A DNA stretch of 63,337 nucleotides, the filler included, from Bigelowiella natans CCMP2755 (lineage: Eukaryota; Protista; Cercozoa), in assembly GCA_000320545.1 (NCBI GenBank). It is 6 parts of 6 records of this genome, joined end to end, with 100 filler letters (N's around TTAATTAATTAA, not from the genome) between each part and the next. Parts side by side here need not be neighbours in the genome. Positions count along the whole stretch, not along the records: positions 38,527 to 46,828 come from ADNK01003042.1; positions 46,929 to 53,108 come from ADNK01000521.1; positions 53,209 to 60,366 come from ADNK01003609.1; 3 more parts are not named here. One strand, written 5' to 3'. Below the pieces are notes generated by a model. That model saw only the letters and a program-made list of their open reading frames with translations, made no database searches and was not told the DNA's origin. This document shows positions 41,457 to 54,148 of the stretch, in pieces; positions within the stretch are counted from its first letter, which is position 1, and each line of letters starts with the position of its first letter. The translations under genes and the position numbers were made by a program.

Positions 41457-42092
41457 TTATATTGAGATTGTAACATTATAATGCTGCTCAAGGTGGCGAG
41501 AGAGCTCTCGGTCATTTCTAAATACCCTGGAGCAAACTGCACAGCTCGGGTTATTATTTGAGTGAATTTGTCTAATGTGGGCCTGCATGTTGTCCTTCCG
41601 ACGAAACTCAACGGCGCAATGACTGCATTTAAATGTCGGCTGTTCCGCATTATGCTGCTTCTTGTGTCTGGCTAGATTCTCCCTTGCGTTGAATCCTCTC
41701 CCGCACGTCGGACAGACGAATGGCCTTCCACTGGTGTTCACAGGCACACCCTTCATGTGATGCATGGTGGTGACGTGGCGGCGATAGGCATCCACTCGGC
41801 GAAACATCTTGCCGCACGTTCTGCACGGAATCGAAGGCTTTCCGTGAGTGAGTGTGTGGCGTTTTCTACTGTATGCAGTGGTGAAAATCTTATGGCAAAT
41901 CGGGCAGGTACGCGACTCGTCGGCTGCTCCCCCTTCGTCCACACCGGCCCTGTCTTCTTGCTTTTGCGCGTGCATGCCGTCTTCGATTCTGTAATCGCTG
42001 AAATGGATCTTGGTGTGCTGCTCGAAGAAGTGTTGCAGACGGAACCCTTTGCCGCAGATGTTGCAGATGGACTTAAATCCGCCCTTTGGCAT
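41457..42092 (-). CDS. C2H2 zinc-finger protein (6 fingers); may extend upstream via an exon acceptor near 42158
   Basis: CNICGKGF...HTKIH, CPICHKIF...HTLTH, CRTCGKMF...HVTTMH, CPTCGRGF...HKKQH, CSHCAVEF...HIRQIH, CAVCSRVF...HLEQH. Confidence 0.93.
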   Translation of the reverse strand: MPKGGFKSICNICGKGFRLQHFFEQHTKIHFSDYRIEDGMHAQKQEDRAGVDEGGAADESRTCPICHKIFTTAYSRKRHTLTHGKPSIPCRTCGKMFRRVDAYRRHVTTMHHMKGVPVNTSGRPFVCPTCGRGFNARENLARHKKQHNAEQPTFKCSHCAVEFRRKDNMQAHIRQIHSNNNPSCAVCSRVFRNDRELSRHLEQHYNVTISI

Positions 42093-42390
42093 GTTGTTCT
42101 CATTGTAACGGTGGCGGTTCGATTGGAGGCGCAGGTCGTTCTCTCGTTCCCCGCTACCTAAAAATCGGGCGGGAAGAAAATTTGGGGATTCAATCGGGTT
42201 CCGTCAGTAACTCAAAGGCACTCGTGAATGTAAAATCGAATCATCAGACTTGGGTTGTTTGCAGGGAGGGAGAAGGCCACATCCGTAAACAGCAGATTCG
42301 CGAGAACCGTCACGATGCCCAACATCGTGCACCGGCGACGTAAGACGCATATCATCAGCGCGATCGCGCTCGAGTCCGACCGTGTGAGGC

Positions 42391-42435
<45 letters not shown>

Positions 42436-42858
42436 CTATCCGCTCCCCATGGCCGACGGCCCGGAACTGATCAAGCCGAACACGGGGAAAACACAGGGGA
42501 TTTCCACTCTGCGCCACCGCTGAAGGCTTGCAATTTGGATCCTGCGACAAGGATGAAAACGGGTAGGGACGGGAATCCCGGGATGAATTCCGGTATAATA
42601 ACTGCCAGAAACGCTCGTTCAGAACAGACGGAAGTCGAGTGGAGCCGAGCCGCACACGAGGCCACAGCGGATCGACGATCCATGGTGCCTGCATGCCTCG
42701 CAACGCGTTGCCGCGCGAGAGGGTTCAGAGGCCCAGCAATCCACCCGTCTTTCGAGGGGGTGGGGCTGCGGAGGCTAGGTTTTTTTTTCCCTGGATTGGC
42801 GAACGAATCAGGCCGCTGCTGATTTCTTTTTTGCTTATTTGCCGATTTGCCGACACAG

Positions 42859-44379
42859 GCCGCGATCGATCCGCTGGATTTGATAAAGGAGATCAATCGT
42901 GCCAGAACGCAACCGAAGAAGGTGATACGATTGGCAAGCGATTTGTATCTTAGAGAAGCTCCCCCTTCATTCGCTCTCCCAAATTTTACAGGTGGCGAAG
43001 TCGATATGTCAACGCCTCGCCCGTTTCAAGGGAAAGAATTTCATTGCGAAAGACGATCCCAACCGCTCAATTGTCACGAAGGAAGGAGTCGCGGCTGTTA
43101 AAGAAGCTATCGAATACCTCACCAGCATCGAGGAACTTCCTTCATTGGAAGAGGAAAACATCCGAGGCCTCCAACAAGCAGCTGCAGACCATGTTGTTGA
43201 CATTGGATCTAAGGGAAGGGTCGGTCACGACAGTAGCGATGGAACGAAGCTCTCCGATCGTGCCAACAGGTTAGAAGATTGATAAATTAACATCTGAAGC
43301 TAAACAAGTTCGGAGAAGCTGTTCGATACTTTACTCCGTGGGCTCTGCAGGAGAGAGAAATGGACGAAAGAAGTGAAAGAAAGAAGCGACTGATTTTCTG
43401 GTGCTGTTGTTAGATATGGGCGATGGACGGGGACTGTAGGTGAAGTCCTATGGTTTGGTCGTACCAAAGGTCGGCCATACACCGCCCGGGAGGTTATCGA
43501 GGATCTCATTATTGATGATGGCGTGAAATCGAGAGGGCACAGACACAACATTTATAATCCACGCTTTCATTTGGCGGGGGCTCAGGTAAACCATATGTAC
43601 ATTTCTCCCAATAACACAGCCCACATCGCTCTTTGTCCGACTGTATGCGAAGCTCGTTTACACCATAGCGCGCAACGACCCGTAGTTGTAACATACTGGA
43701 TGACACCATCTATTTCCCATCTCAGGTTGGAGATCATAAAACGTACGGGACGGTGGCAGATGTAGTTCTGGCAGGGGCGTTCAAATTAGACGAAGAAAAG
43801 TACAGGAAAAGATTGAAGAATGGGCCGCTGGAGCTGGAAGCTAGCAGACGCAAAGAAGTCATCAAAACCCAATGGTCGAAATCCATCGGAACTTGTTATG
43901 TTTGCCGGAAGGACATTCATGGCGGGTCTGTCATCGAGAAGGGAAAGTTCCGAAAGTACCACCGCGAGTGCTACAAGTGCTACAAGTGCGGAGAATCGCT
44001 CACGAGGAAGCCCTCAAGAGATACGAAAGAAAAAGGGAAAGTTCGGGATGTATGCATCACTTGCTGGACGAAGGACTATGCGCCGAGATGTGATTTTTGC
44101 AAGAAACCCATCACGGGCGATTTGGTTAAGGTTCGGATAGGAGGGGTTTCCCTCTCATTCCATGTTAAGTGCAACAAAGAGCGCAAACAGCAGAGCAGTG
44201 GGAGAGTGAAGTCTCCTTCCAGGTCGAAGTCGCCCATTTCAAGATCCTCCCGACCGTGCCGCAGGAGCCCCGTCTCCCGGAAGCCTCGGAGACCAACAAC
44301 CAAGACTGCGAAAACGTCCTTCGCAAGTGCTATTACGGCTAAAAAGGGGATTATGAACGCATACGCAGAACTGGAGTGA
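42859..44379 (+). CDS. CAP/SCP-domain protein fused to C-terminal LIM zinc-finger domain(s)
   Basis: EINRAR, GLQQAAADHVVDIGSKGRVGHDSSDG and LIIDDGVKSRGHRHNIYNPRF (CAP), then CYVCRKDI...YHRECYKCYKC...CITCW...PRCDFCKKPI...FHVKC (LIM). Start codon uncertain. Confidence 0.85.
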
Positions 44380-45043
44380 GCGCCCTCGATTCTCAAGCAC
44401 AAACGAAATAACACCCTACTACTATACAGCATGAGGTAACGTCGATCTCGATCTCTGTTGCAGACTCTATGTACGTGCATAGATTGGCTCTGTAGATGCA
44501 AGCTTGTCAAAACAGCAGGTTATTTAATTGTACGGGATATGGTAATCGGGCTGCATGATGCGGAGATGCACACAATTTTTTACTTTCATCGCATCGAGGC
44601 TCGGGCGTAGCACAAGCTTGGTCGTGGAGACCGCGCCACATGCATGTGGCATGCTGTGCATGATGTGTGATGGCGGAAGAAGGCTGAATGGAGCCCTAAC
44701 TAGTTCATTGCGCGTGTGCAGGGCAGCGGAGCAGAAGAAGATTCTGTTCTTTATTGATGCATTGCAAATGTTGCATGTGGCATGTGACATTAGTTTTAAT
44801 ACTTACATACATACTGTGAAGCCGTTTGCCTTGCTCATGCGTTCTGGAGCTACGCGTTGTAATCAGAGCGCATCACGGCCACTGGCATAAACAAATGCGT
44901 TTCCTCGACAGAGAAACATGCTCGTATAGTCAAATCATCACGAAGAAATAAGGGAATCGCTTGCTGGTGCTAGTAACGATTCTCAACAATGGCTCTCAGG
45001 AATAATACAACACTTGCTAAGCGGCGAATTGCAAGCTGGGTTG

Positions 45044-45173
45044 CTATTTCTCGTCTTGACAGGTTGCGGAGCCCCACACTCCTCGTTCGGAACTAACGCT
45101 CTCCCAGTATCTGTGATGGTGGAAGGATCATAAGGTTAGCACGCCCCATCCAATCCAAACTAAAGAACACACA

Positions 45174-45212
<39 letters not shown>

Positions 45213-45567
45213 GTGTGTACATCAAACACACTTTTGATTCGAGGGAAACAAAGGAAGGCAAAAGGGGAACCAGCGCTCATACATACACATGCCGAGAGAA
45301 AGAAGGGGGAGGGGGAGAGAGGGAAAGGGAAAGGGGGAGAGAGGCGCTTAACAACATCGGCCAGATACAACATCGGCAAGATACAACACCAACAGAAAGC
45401 CTCCCCTACAACTGCTGCACTTACTTGTCCACATACGGCGTTTGGAAGTCCCTTTGAGCGGGTGGGTACCTGCTCATAAGAAGAAGAAGAAGATGATGAT
45501 GAAGAAGAAGGAGGAGAGCGACAAATACAAACATCAACTCCTTCTCAGCCACTGCAAAGTTCAGGAT

Positions 45568-45612
<45 letters not shown>

Positions 45613-45616
45613 CGGA

Positions 45617-45647
<31 letters not shown>

Positions 45648-46480
45648 AATGTAAGTCGACTCTGCAATGCGGTTTCTAGGTCTCACATCCAGTAGTTGAG
45701 AGCAACATGCACGGGGGGGCGAAGAGCGCTGTCTTCCTTCCCGTCTCCTTCGTTTTCGCCATCACGTGAGGCCTCTTCCCCAAACGACGATACCTGCAAA
45801 TACACCCTCCTTTTAAGAACATCGAAGCCGGGATGGGTGCAGCCTCGGAGATCGATCGATCGATCGATCGATCGATCTCCCTCCTGTGCTCGCTATTGAA
45901 TAGTACCATCTATTATTATTATCACCATCATCATCATCAATATTCTGATGGCAAATCGGAGAATCGCAGATGGAACGCGACGATTGCGCTCGAAAGCCTC
46001 CAAAAACATGGGATCGCCGCGCCCTGCGGCGGCCACGCGCCGTCCGCACACGCCAGTGGGTGGTGAATGGTTGTTGGTTGTGTTGTATCGAGGACGGCCC
46101 GTTTACTACTACCTCGTGAAACCATCCTGCCGGCAAGTACAGCATCTCGCCGCCGGAAACGCTCACCTGCATGCAACAACACGGCCGTGTGCGTCATCTA
46201 CAGGGACGGGGAGGGGGCACCCGACTGCGCCGTGAGATGATTTTTTAATTTAAAAAAAAAAAAAAGAAGGGAAAAAAAAGGAAAAAGCCCGCAAGTCGAG
46301 GGATTATGATTGCGCTGCTACCGCCGGCGTACAGCATCACGAGAGGCTCTTGCCCGCGCGATTGGCACAGTAATTGTGGGGCGGGTGCGTTGGTGTGTGT
46401 GGCCTTGGTTCGCCCTGTTTGAGCGCGTAGTATGCGTACCTGCAGCGGAGTGCAATCTGCAAGGGTCTTAAACTCTGTTG

Positions 46481-46523
<43 letters not shown>

Positions 46524-46723
46524 CATAAGTATCATCTATACGTTTGGAAGTGCTGTGTGAAGGAAATCCTCTTGTGCGCGTTGCCGTGCACATTACCATG
46601 GGGGGGGGGCACGCCGCTCTGCACATATCGGTGGAGGATAGGGACAGGGATCTTGCAAAAGGACGGAGGATGGGCGGCTTGTTCTTGATTCTTGCTGCGA
46701 CTACTGCTCCCACTCTTTTCCAT
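45044..46723 (-). CDS. JmjC/cupin-like 2-oxoglutarate dioxygenase, 3' part
   Basis: HPPSFCKIP, VSVSGGEMLYLPAGWFHEV, VHVALNYW and YPPAQRDFQTPY. The 5' part is lost at the gap. Confidence 0.85.
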
Positions 46724-46828
46724 CTAACGATTGAACCCGCAAGAGGAAACACACAACAAGCAACAGCATTCGACGTCAAAACACCGTTGGGAGAACTCCA
46801 GAATTTTCCTTGGAAATTTTTTTTTTCA

Positions 46829-46928
46829 NNNNNNNNNNNNNNNNNNNNNNNNNNNNNNNNNNNNNNNNNNNNTTAATTAATTAANNNNNNNNNNNNNNNN
46901 NNNNNNNNNNNNNNNNNNNNNNNNNNNN
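46829..46928. other. Assembly spacer
   Basis: N run with TTAATTAATTAA. Confidence 0.98.
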
Positions 46929-46929
46929 A

Positions 46930-47867
46930 TGGTAGAAGACGTTTTAACGAGGCGTATAGAAGTGTTGTGAATTATGCAATGTCCCTTTTCCCGGTCCTCA
47001 CAAATACCTTCCATTGCCTCGTCAAACTTGGGCTTAAAGTCAGTGAGTTTGACATTGAGATATGCAGTAGATGCCAATGTTCTGCGTCCGAAAAGCACCT
47101 CTCTCCCCCCTCCCCCTTCCCTTCTCACCTTCAACATCTTGCGCTCAAACTGCAGCCCTTTGCTCCGCAGTATCATAACGTCCTTGGTGTTAGCGTGCCT
47201 GATGATGTGGTAGTCGATCAAAGGGGAGTGACCCAAAGCAATATCACACACACACACACACGCACACACGCACACAAGCAAAGACCCATCCGTCTCTATT
47301 CTTGGGTAGGCAGAGGCCGCAAGCACCACCCCTTGCCCCACCCCCACCGCCCACCCTAACTGACCGCATGAAGGCTGGATGCGCCAGGACATCGTGGAAG
47401 ATCTCGAAGGGCCTCCTCCTCCTCCTCCTCCTCCTCCTCCTCCTCCCATCATCTTCCTCTAGATCCTTCTCGTTACTGCTGCTGCCGTCGTCTTCTCCGT
47501 CCTTGCTGAGAATTCCAATCGATAGAATATCGGTAGACCTTCTCTTAGGGCGAGGAGGAGGAGGAGAGCGCCGGCCACCGACGCCAGGAACATTCCTTCT
47601 GCTGCTATTTTCACATCTTCGATGCTTTTTGTCAGCCTTGCTATGGTCGCGGGGCATGTCCTCCTCCTCCTCCTCTTCCTCATCCCCCGCTAACTTCTCC
47701 TCGTACTTTACATTCTCTCCTCCCTGTCCAGCAAGGATATTTGCGTAGAATAATGGGTGATAGCCGTAGCGGTGGTGGTGGTGGGCAGCAGTTGTGGGAA
47801 GATGAAGCGCTATGTGCACATGATGGCAAGATTCTTTCTGATATTTAGCATGGCCCCCTTGGTGTGC

Positions 47868-47908
<41 letters not shown>

Positions 47909-48848
47909 GTCATTTCTACGTGCTTTTCTTCCTTCCCACCATTCCTCACGAACGAATCCAAATTTAAAAACCTTCTCATCTCCACCGTCATCGTCGTCGT
48001 CGATTTCCTCATTCGTCATTTCGTTCTCCCTCTTCCAAACCTTGACACAATGCGTATTGCTAGACGTGCTTTGGAAGATTCTTCCACGTACCCACTCCGC
48101 CTTGCCTCCTTCATCAGCCTGCGACAGCACCAAAACCTCGTCCCCAACATCGAAGTGGCATTCTGTCTTTTCGCGGCTCCTTGGGACGAAGCACTAGATG
48201 GGGGGGGGGGGAGTTAAAGGAGAATAAGAAGGGCAAACAAAATAGGAGGAGGGGTTACGCACAAGGGGTACATCCCCAGGGGAAATGAGCGAATTTATTG
48301 CTCAAGCTTGTGCTGGGTGAAACGTGTATGGAAAAACAGGGAGAGCAAGATACAGGCAGTCTTGCAGCAACACCGCTATCGTCATCGTCATCGTCGATGT
48401 CGCCTCAGTTCACATCGTCTCTTCTTAGTAACTCACTAGATCGAAAGGTTGATGAGGCAGCACACCACCGCCATAATACCTACCGCTTGTATCCACTTCG
48501 CAACATTCTCCATCTCCCCATATTCCTGATGCAGACGTCAGATTTGAACAAAGGAAAAGGGCAGGGCAGGGCAGGGCAGAAAGGAGGAAGGGGGAGCAGC
48601 ATATAATACTTAAGTAAAGGCTTCGCAGCAAGAAGAAATTTGAGTGAATACAGGCAGATCACAGCGAGAAAACAACGAGGTACATGAACGGTCAGAGCGT
48701 CGAGGAAGCGATGCACGTCCTTCACATCTCTGGAGAGGTGTTCCCCATCCTGCCCTCTGGCAGCATTAAAATGCGCTTTCCTCCTCGCCTGTGTTTCCTC
48801 CTCTTTCTTGAGATACTTCTTGAAGTCAGCCAATGATGCCATCGTCTA

Positions 48849-48886
<38 letters not shown>

Positions 48887-49581
48887 GAAGAAGCAGCAAC
48901 ACACATCAGGGCCTTACTCTGTGACGAGGGGGAGGTACGATGTGCATTTTCGTGAACACGATGGTATTCGCCAAACCACTGTGGAGAGCTGCAATTCTTT
49001 CCCATGGTTAAATCTGAGCAGCAGTAGCATAAAGCAAACGACGAGAAGAAAGTTAGAAGGATGCAGAGAAACAGGCGTCACAACGCATAAACGCATGGTT
49101 AAAAGGAAAGAGTTGACGACATGTTTTTCCGTTCCACTTGCTCGTGGAGATCCACCACATCTTTCATTGACTTGTCGATAAATATCTGACAAGATACCAA
49201 ATCATCATCGAGAAGGAATGATCGCACATTTATGGTAACGTTCAGGCAACACACTGTGTATTAGAGAGCGATACGACGTTATGAGAAGGCATAATGAAAG
49301 ATTGAGATGGGCATTACTGCCATCGCTTGTGTCCTCACATCATTACTCATCACCTTAACATCGTACGTGGCTTGGTTCCCAATAGAGTTGTCCTCCTCCG
49401 TCTTGTGATCATACCATACGAGCAGCCAGAAGTTATCACCCTGCTCTAACTTCTCCAGAACCTTGTTCTTCTTGCGCTTGCTTTGCCCAGCTTTGAGTTT
49501 GAGGGCGGGCCATTCCACCACTTGTTTCCCGGGGAGGCCGTTCTCGTTTTCATGCCTGACGCGAACAAGGGAAGGAATCAT
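46930..49581 (-). CDS. Multi-exon hypothetical protein, possible PWWP/Tudor-like N-terminus; 3' truncated by gap
   Basis: First exon LVRVRH...VVEWPALKL...FWLLVWYD resembles a PWWP-like fold. Further exons at about 48690-48845, 47910-48160, 47360-47825 and 47020-47240. Confidence 0.45.
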
Positions 49582-50259
49582 AGCATCCCATCAGCAAAAG
49601 CAGAGCATGCTGCCGCATTGTGAATACTATGCTCAGAAGCAAACAATGATCCACGTAAGTTGGTATGAAACCGGTCATCTTCATGTTAGGGCGCGACCAC
49701 CGCGTCAGTGTCATATTTAACGGAATCGGGACTGGGTGTTCATGTTAGTGGTGTGGGGGAAGGTTTGAAGTATTACAGTCGGCAAACGACATCCTGCTTC
49801 AACGAATTAATAATGTAAAAATCTGAATGGCAGTTTCCCATTGTAAATTCCTCCAAAAGTTCCTTGTGCTGAGCTGAGAAGTAGTTGTTTGGGGGGCGGG
49901 TTGGGAAAGCCAACCCTTACCCGCTAGCTAGTTGTTTGCTTTTGTTGTTTTCAGACGTTCTTTGGGCCTCTCGGTTGGCAACATCAAGTGAAAAGGGGGG
50001 CGAATTTATCTCTAAATGCACCTTTGTCGCAGGGAATAACATGAAAAAGCCCATATCTTCCTAAAAGTTTAGGCTCATGTGATTGGGATAGACGGATGTA
50101 AATACCGAAGCAAAAACTGATCATATGAAAGAATGTAGGTGGTTTATGTTGTGCGTCATAGTGAACATTGTTGTCGTCCTGCATATTTCCATAAATCTTT
50201 GTCTGGATCCCGAGATTGATGGATTAGGTTCCGCAGACATCGGCCCGAGAGGAGTAATA

Positions 50260-51339
50260 ATGGAGGACCGCAGCAGCAGCCAGCCCCAGCTTCTGGTGCA
50301 GGACCTCAGCGCTGAGGAGAAGGCAGTGTGGGACTCCATCGATAACGATGATGCAAGTGTAAATCCCCTCCCCTCTTCTTCCACACAAAGTCCGCCTTAC
50401 CAGCGAAAGCGACCCCTTCCCAGCAGCAGTACGACGAATGCCTCCACAGCGATGAGCAAGAAATCACAGAAGCGTCGCATCGAGAGGTCTTTACTTTTCA
50501 CAATACGGACCCTGTGATGACCATGAATCGCGTTTGATATGGTTTCTCTGATTCTCCTCAGTAAAGACAACTTGAGAGGACAAGCCGTGGCGCAGATAGT
50601 CCCCTTCCTAAAATCGCGAGGTAGGTAGGTAGGTGTTCCGTCCGGAGCATGCATCATTCATCACACACATTCTGCTATTCACAACATCACCGAGATTAAT
50701 CACTATTTCTATGTTCAGGATGCTTCATACATCCGGCACTTGAGTTCAGACTGGACCAGGTAGGAAATAGAGAGAGGGAGAGAGAGAGAAAGAGAGAGAG
50801 AGAGAGGACCCGAAGGGTGCGCACGATCGATCAGAGGGGCTATTCAACGCAACTACTTTTTATGATGACGTAATTCAAAAGAGAGATCAAATTCCCAAAG
50901 ACGCCAACATGCGACGGAAAGTTCCGCATTGTCAATGGAGATAGTTGTGTTTCCTCCATCATCCTTCCGAGGGGAGGAGGTAGTAATCGATTTCTGAATT
51001 AACTGCAGAACACCGGTGGTGTCTACGCGAAGAAAGCGATTGCTGTCGGAGAGCTGCTCATCCGAATCCCTCAGCACCTCACGATCGCGTGCGTACTTCT
51101 TTCCTTCCTATGTTCATTCTCATTCATCTATGAAGAATCCGAGCTAACAGTATATGACGCTAATCGTTCCCTAATAGAGAGGAGTGTTGCTTAACTCATC
51201 ATTAACATCATCACCAGCCCTACTTACGATTACCGAAAAGAGCTTGTGCAGCAGTCGCCTGTAACTAAGTACCTAGAGGCCAGAAAGGTCACCTTCTTCC
51301 ATGGGAATTGAGATCGGAAGGAATTGGCAAAAGAAGAGA

Positions 51340-51382
<43 letters not shown>

Positions 51383-52715
51383 GAAGGGGTGGGGCTGGAG
51401 AACAAGCACCATGAGCGTCATCAACGTTTGCCAGCGGAAAATACATAAAAAATTAAGATTCATAATCGCGGAATGTTCGTAGCGAAAAATGCTAGAAGCC
51501 GTGGTATTATTCTCAGAACAAAGAATGTCGAATCAACGTTTCTGCACCGCGGCAGCAGGGGAAAAACCTTGATATTTATGAGCATTTTCTTGTAAGCGGC
51601 AGCATCCGTGGATGTGCCTCTGCTTCATTGAGACAACTGACCCCTAGATCTGATCGCTAGGATCTGAGCTCGTTCCAAAAGGTGTTGATTCGCCTTCTTC
51701 ACGAAAAGCACCAGCAGACCAATCTCGACCACAAATTGGAAGCAGGGAAAAACGAGGCTGTAGAGAAGGGGGGGGCGGAACAGAGAGGGGGAGAGCCGAA
51801 GGATGATCTGAAAGAAGGAGCAGCATGTAAGAGCGGGAACGAGCCATCAAACAAAACTACGACAGATTTCAGCTTCTACCTTCGGTAAGTTATCATCTTT
51901 GATCAAGTCTCTCAGTTCTTTTTCTCTCCTTTTCCTCCTCCTCCTCCTCCTCCTCCTCCTCCTCCTTCCTTTCCTTCACAATAATAAATGTGTACATGTA
52001 GTGGCCTACCGGACACCTTCACTACTCCTCTGTGGTGGACGCCTGAACTCAAGGTTCTTCTGTAAAGAAGGGGGGGGGGGGGGGGGAGAAGACGAAGGCC
52101 AGAATGATTCTACAAAAAGAGATGATGATAATTTGCCCCCTCCCTTGCTCATTCACCCTCGTTGCCCCTCTCCTCCTTCTACTCCCTTCAGCCACTCTCA
52201 AATTGATTCTTTCCTATCTTATCGACAACATCATACTGTGATCATCATCATCACCATCATCTTCTCCTTCCTCTCCTTCTGCCTCTTCGTTTTTATCATC
52301 ATCATCATTATCATCGTCGTCACCATCATCATAACCTCCAATACTGATACCTGGTAAGGAACGAGCTGCAGGAACAGGGCTAGAGTGCTTCCTGCGAGGC
52401 GATGACACGAAGAAGGTTGTAAATGAGTTAGGGAGAGGAGGAGGAGGAGGAGGAGGAGGAGGAGGAGGAGAAGGCGGGAGGAGAAAACAAAGACATCTCT
52501 GTGTGTGGGGGGGGTATCTTGGAAAATCAATTTTATTTAGAGAGAACAGTGAGCCATTTTGGAGCGTTGAAGAGTACCTTTGCTAGCTAGCTACCTTTTG
52601 CTGTTATTGGGAGAAAACGCGCTGTTACTTTCACATCGATTCCACACAAGAAGCTGATATTTCACATGGTTTGTTCCTATCATCGTCATCATCATCATCC
52701 TCCTTTTCATCGTAA

Positions 52716-52759
<44 letters not shown>

Positions 52760-52808
52760 TTAGGTATATGAGTCGAAGATCAAGGACATCTTGCAGCACG
52801 CGGCTAAG
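50260..52808 (+). CDS. SET-domain lysine methyltransferase (Rubisco-LSMT/SETD3-like), 5' part
   Basis: TGGVYAKKAIAVGELLIRIPQHLTI, LIRLLHEK...FSFYLR and GLPDTFTTPLWWT. Truncated by the gap at 53109. Confidence 0.75.
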
Positions 52809-52864
52809 GTGCAGACACATTCACACTATCTATCTGGATTTATGTATATGATTGCGTGTGTGTT

Positions 52865-52921
<57 letters not shown>

Positions 52922-52980
52922 TTACGATGAAGGGGAGGATGATGATGATGACGATGATAGAAACAAACTATGTGATATAT
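52657..52980. repeat. Inverted repeat with arms of about 100 bp flanking a 45-nt exon
   Basis: 52657-52755 is the reverse complement of 52882-52980, with 5 mismatches in the 60-bp unique part plus (CT)n/(AG)n tracts. Confidence 0.9.
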
Positions 52981-53108
52981 TTGCTTTGTGTGTGGTATGT
53001 GTGTGAGAGTGAGCGCGCGTTCTCTCACAAAGAGAGAGAGAGGGAGCGAGCGCGCACAGGCACTCTCGCGCGCTCTATATATCGTGCTTATAGACACCCA
53101 CACACACA

Positions 53109-53208
53109 NNNNNNNNNNNNNNNNNNNNNNNNNNNNNNNNNNNNNNNNNNNNTTAATTAATTAANNNNNNNNNNNNNNNNNNNNNNNNNNNNNNNNNNNN
53201 NNNNNNNN
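53109..53208. other. Assembly spacer
   Basis: N run with TTAATTAATTAA. Confidence 0.98.
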
Positions 53209-53219
53209 GTGTGTGTGTT

Positions 53220-53255
<36 letters not shown>

Positions 53256-54148
53256 TGTTTTGATGGTCTCAAAAAGGAATGACGGGGACATTTTCGTCAC
53301 ACACCCACGTTGCAGGAGATCGATGGCCCCACGCCTCCGAAGCGGCGACTCACAGCGTGAGAATCGCCGACGTAAAACGTGACAGCCACGAGCCTTACGC
53401 CGTGGTGTATGATGTAAACATACCACCCGGACAAAAAGCGACTCACCTTACTACCACTGTCTTGTTCATGATGATCGGTTGAAACTTATTGTCACTACTG
53501 ATTCGTCTATCTAGCTATGTCGCGCGGTGTTGTTACATGCACCTTGTTTCCAACAGGTCACATGCTGTATTCGAGATCCTGTTGTCTGTTGCTTCGATGT
53601 GTCTCGCACGCTTGCTGCTGCCGATGCCGTGCTAGAACAGAGCCTCTAGCTTGACGACAGCAATAGCCTGTCGAACTACTGTTTTTGTAGTAGCATGAAT
53701 TGATCGTGTTATTGTTGAGCACAACATGTTGATCCAGCCGAGAGCCTACGCACAGATTTAGTTAGTCGATCACACCCAGAGTCACCGTCCCATCTAGCCG
53801 CCATGCTATAGCATGTGATGCATCGTGCGCATGGCTATGCTACGCACGTCGTCGGTGTTCGATCACATGCGACGAATCATGATGCTGGCGGCTACATGCA
53901 ATCTAGCAATGCAGTCTAGCAACATAGCTACTTTGGCGCAGCATCATATTTGTCACACATTCAGTCATCGATCCGCGACAATGGTGCCATTATAGAGCTA
54001 CGAAGTCTAGAAGTGTGTAGCAGGCAGCTGCGCTAGTGCGTACCGGTGGCATGTGTCTAACACTCAACAAGCAAGTAGTTGTTATTATCCCAGCAGAGCA
54101 TTGTTCCTGCAGGCTAGCAGGCAGCAGTAGGCCGAGCATCAAGCCCAA

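Noticed and set aside
45849-45878. (GATC)n palindromic run resembling clustered Dam sites
   Set aside because: It is a simple tetranucleotide microsatellite in an intron of a microsatellite-rich genome.
53256-53360. Short plus-strand exon-like fragment after the gap (EIDGPTPPKRRLTA*)
   Set aside because: It may be a terminal exon, but it is too short to assign and cannot be linked to the SET gene across the spacer.
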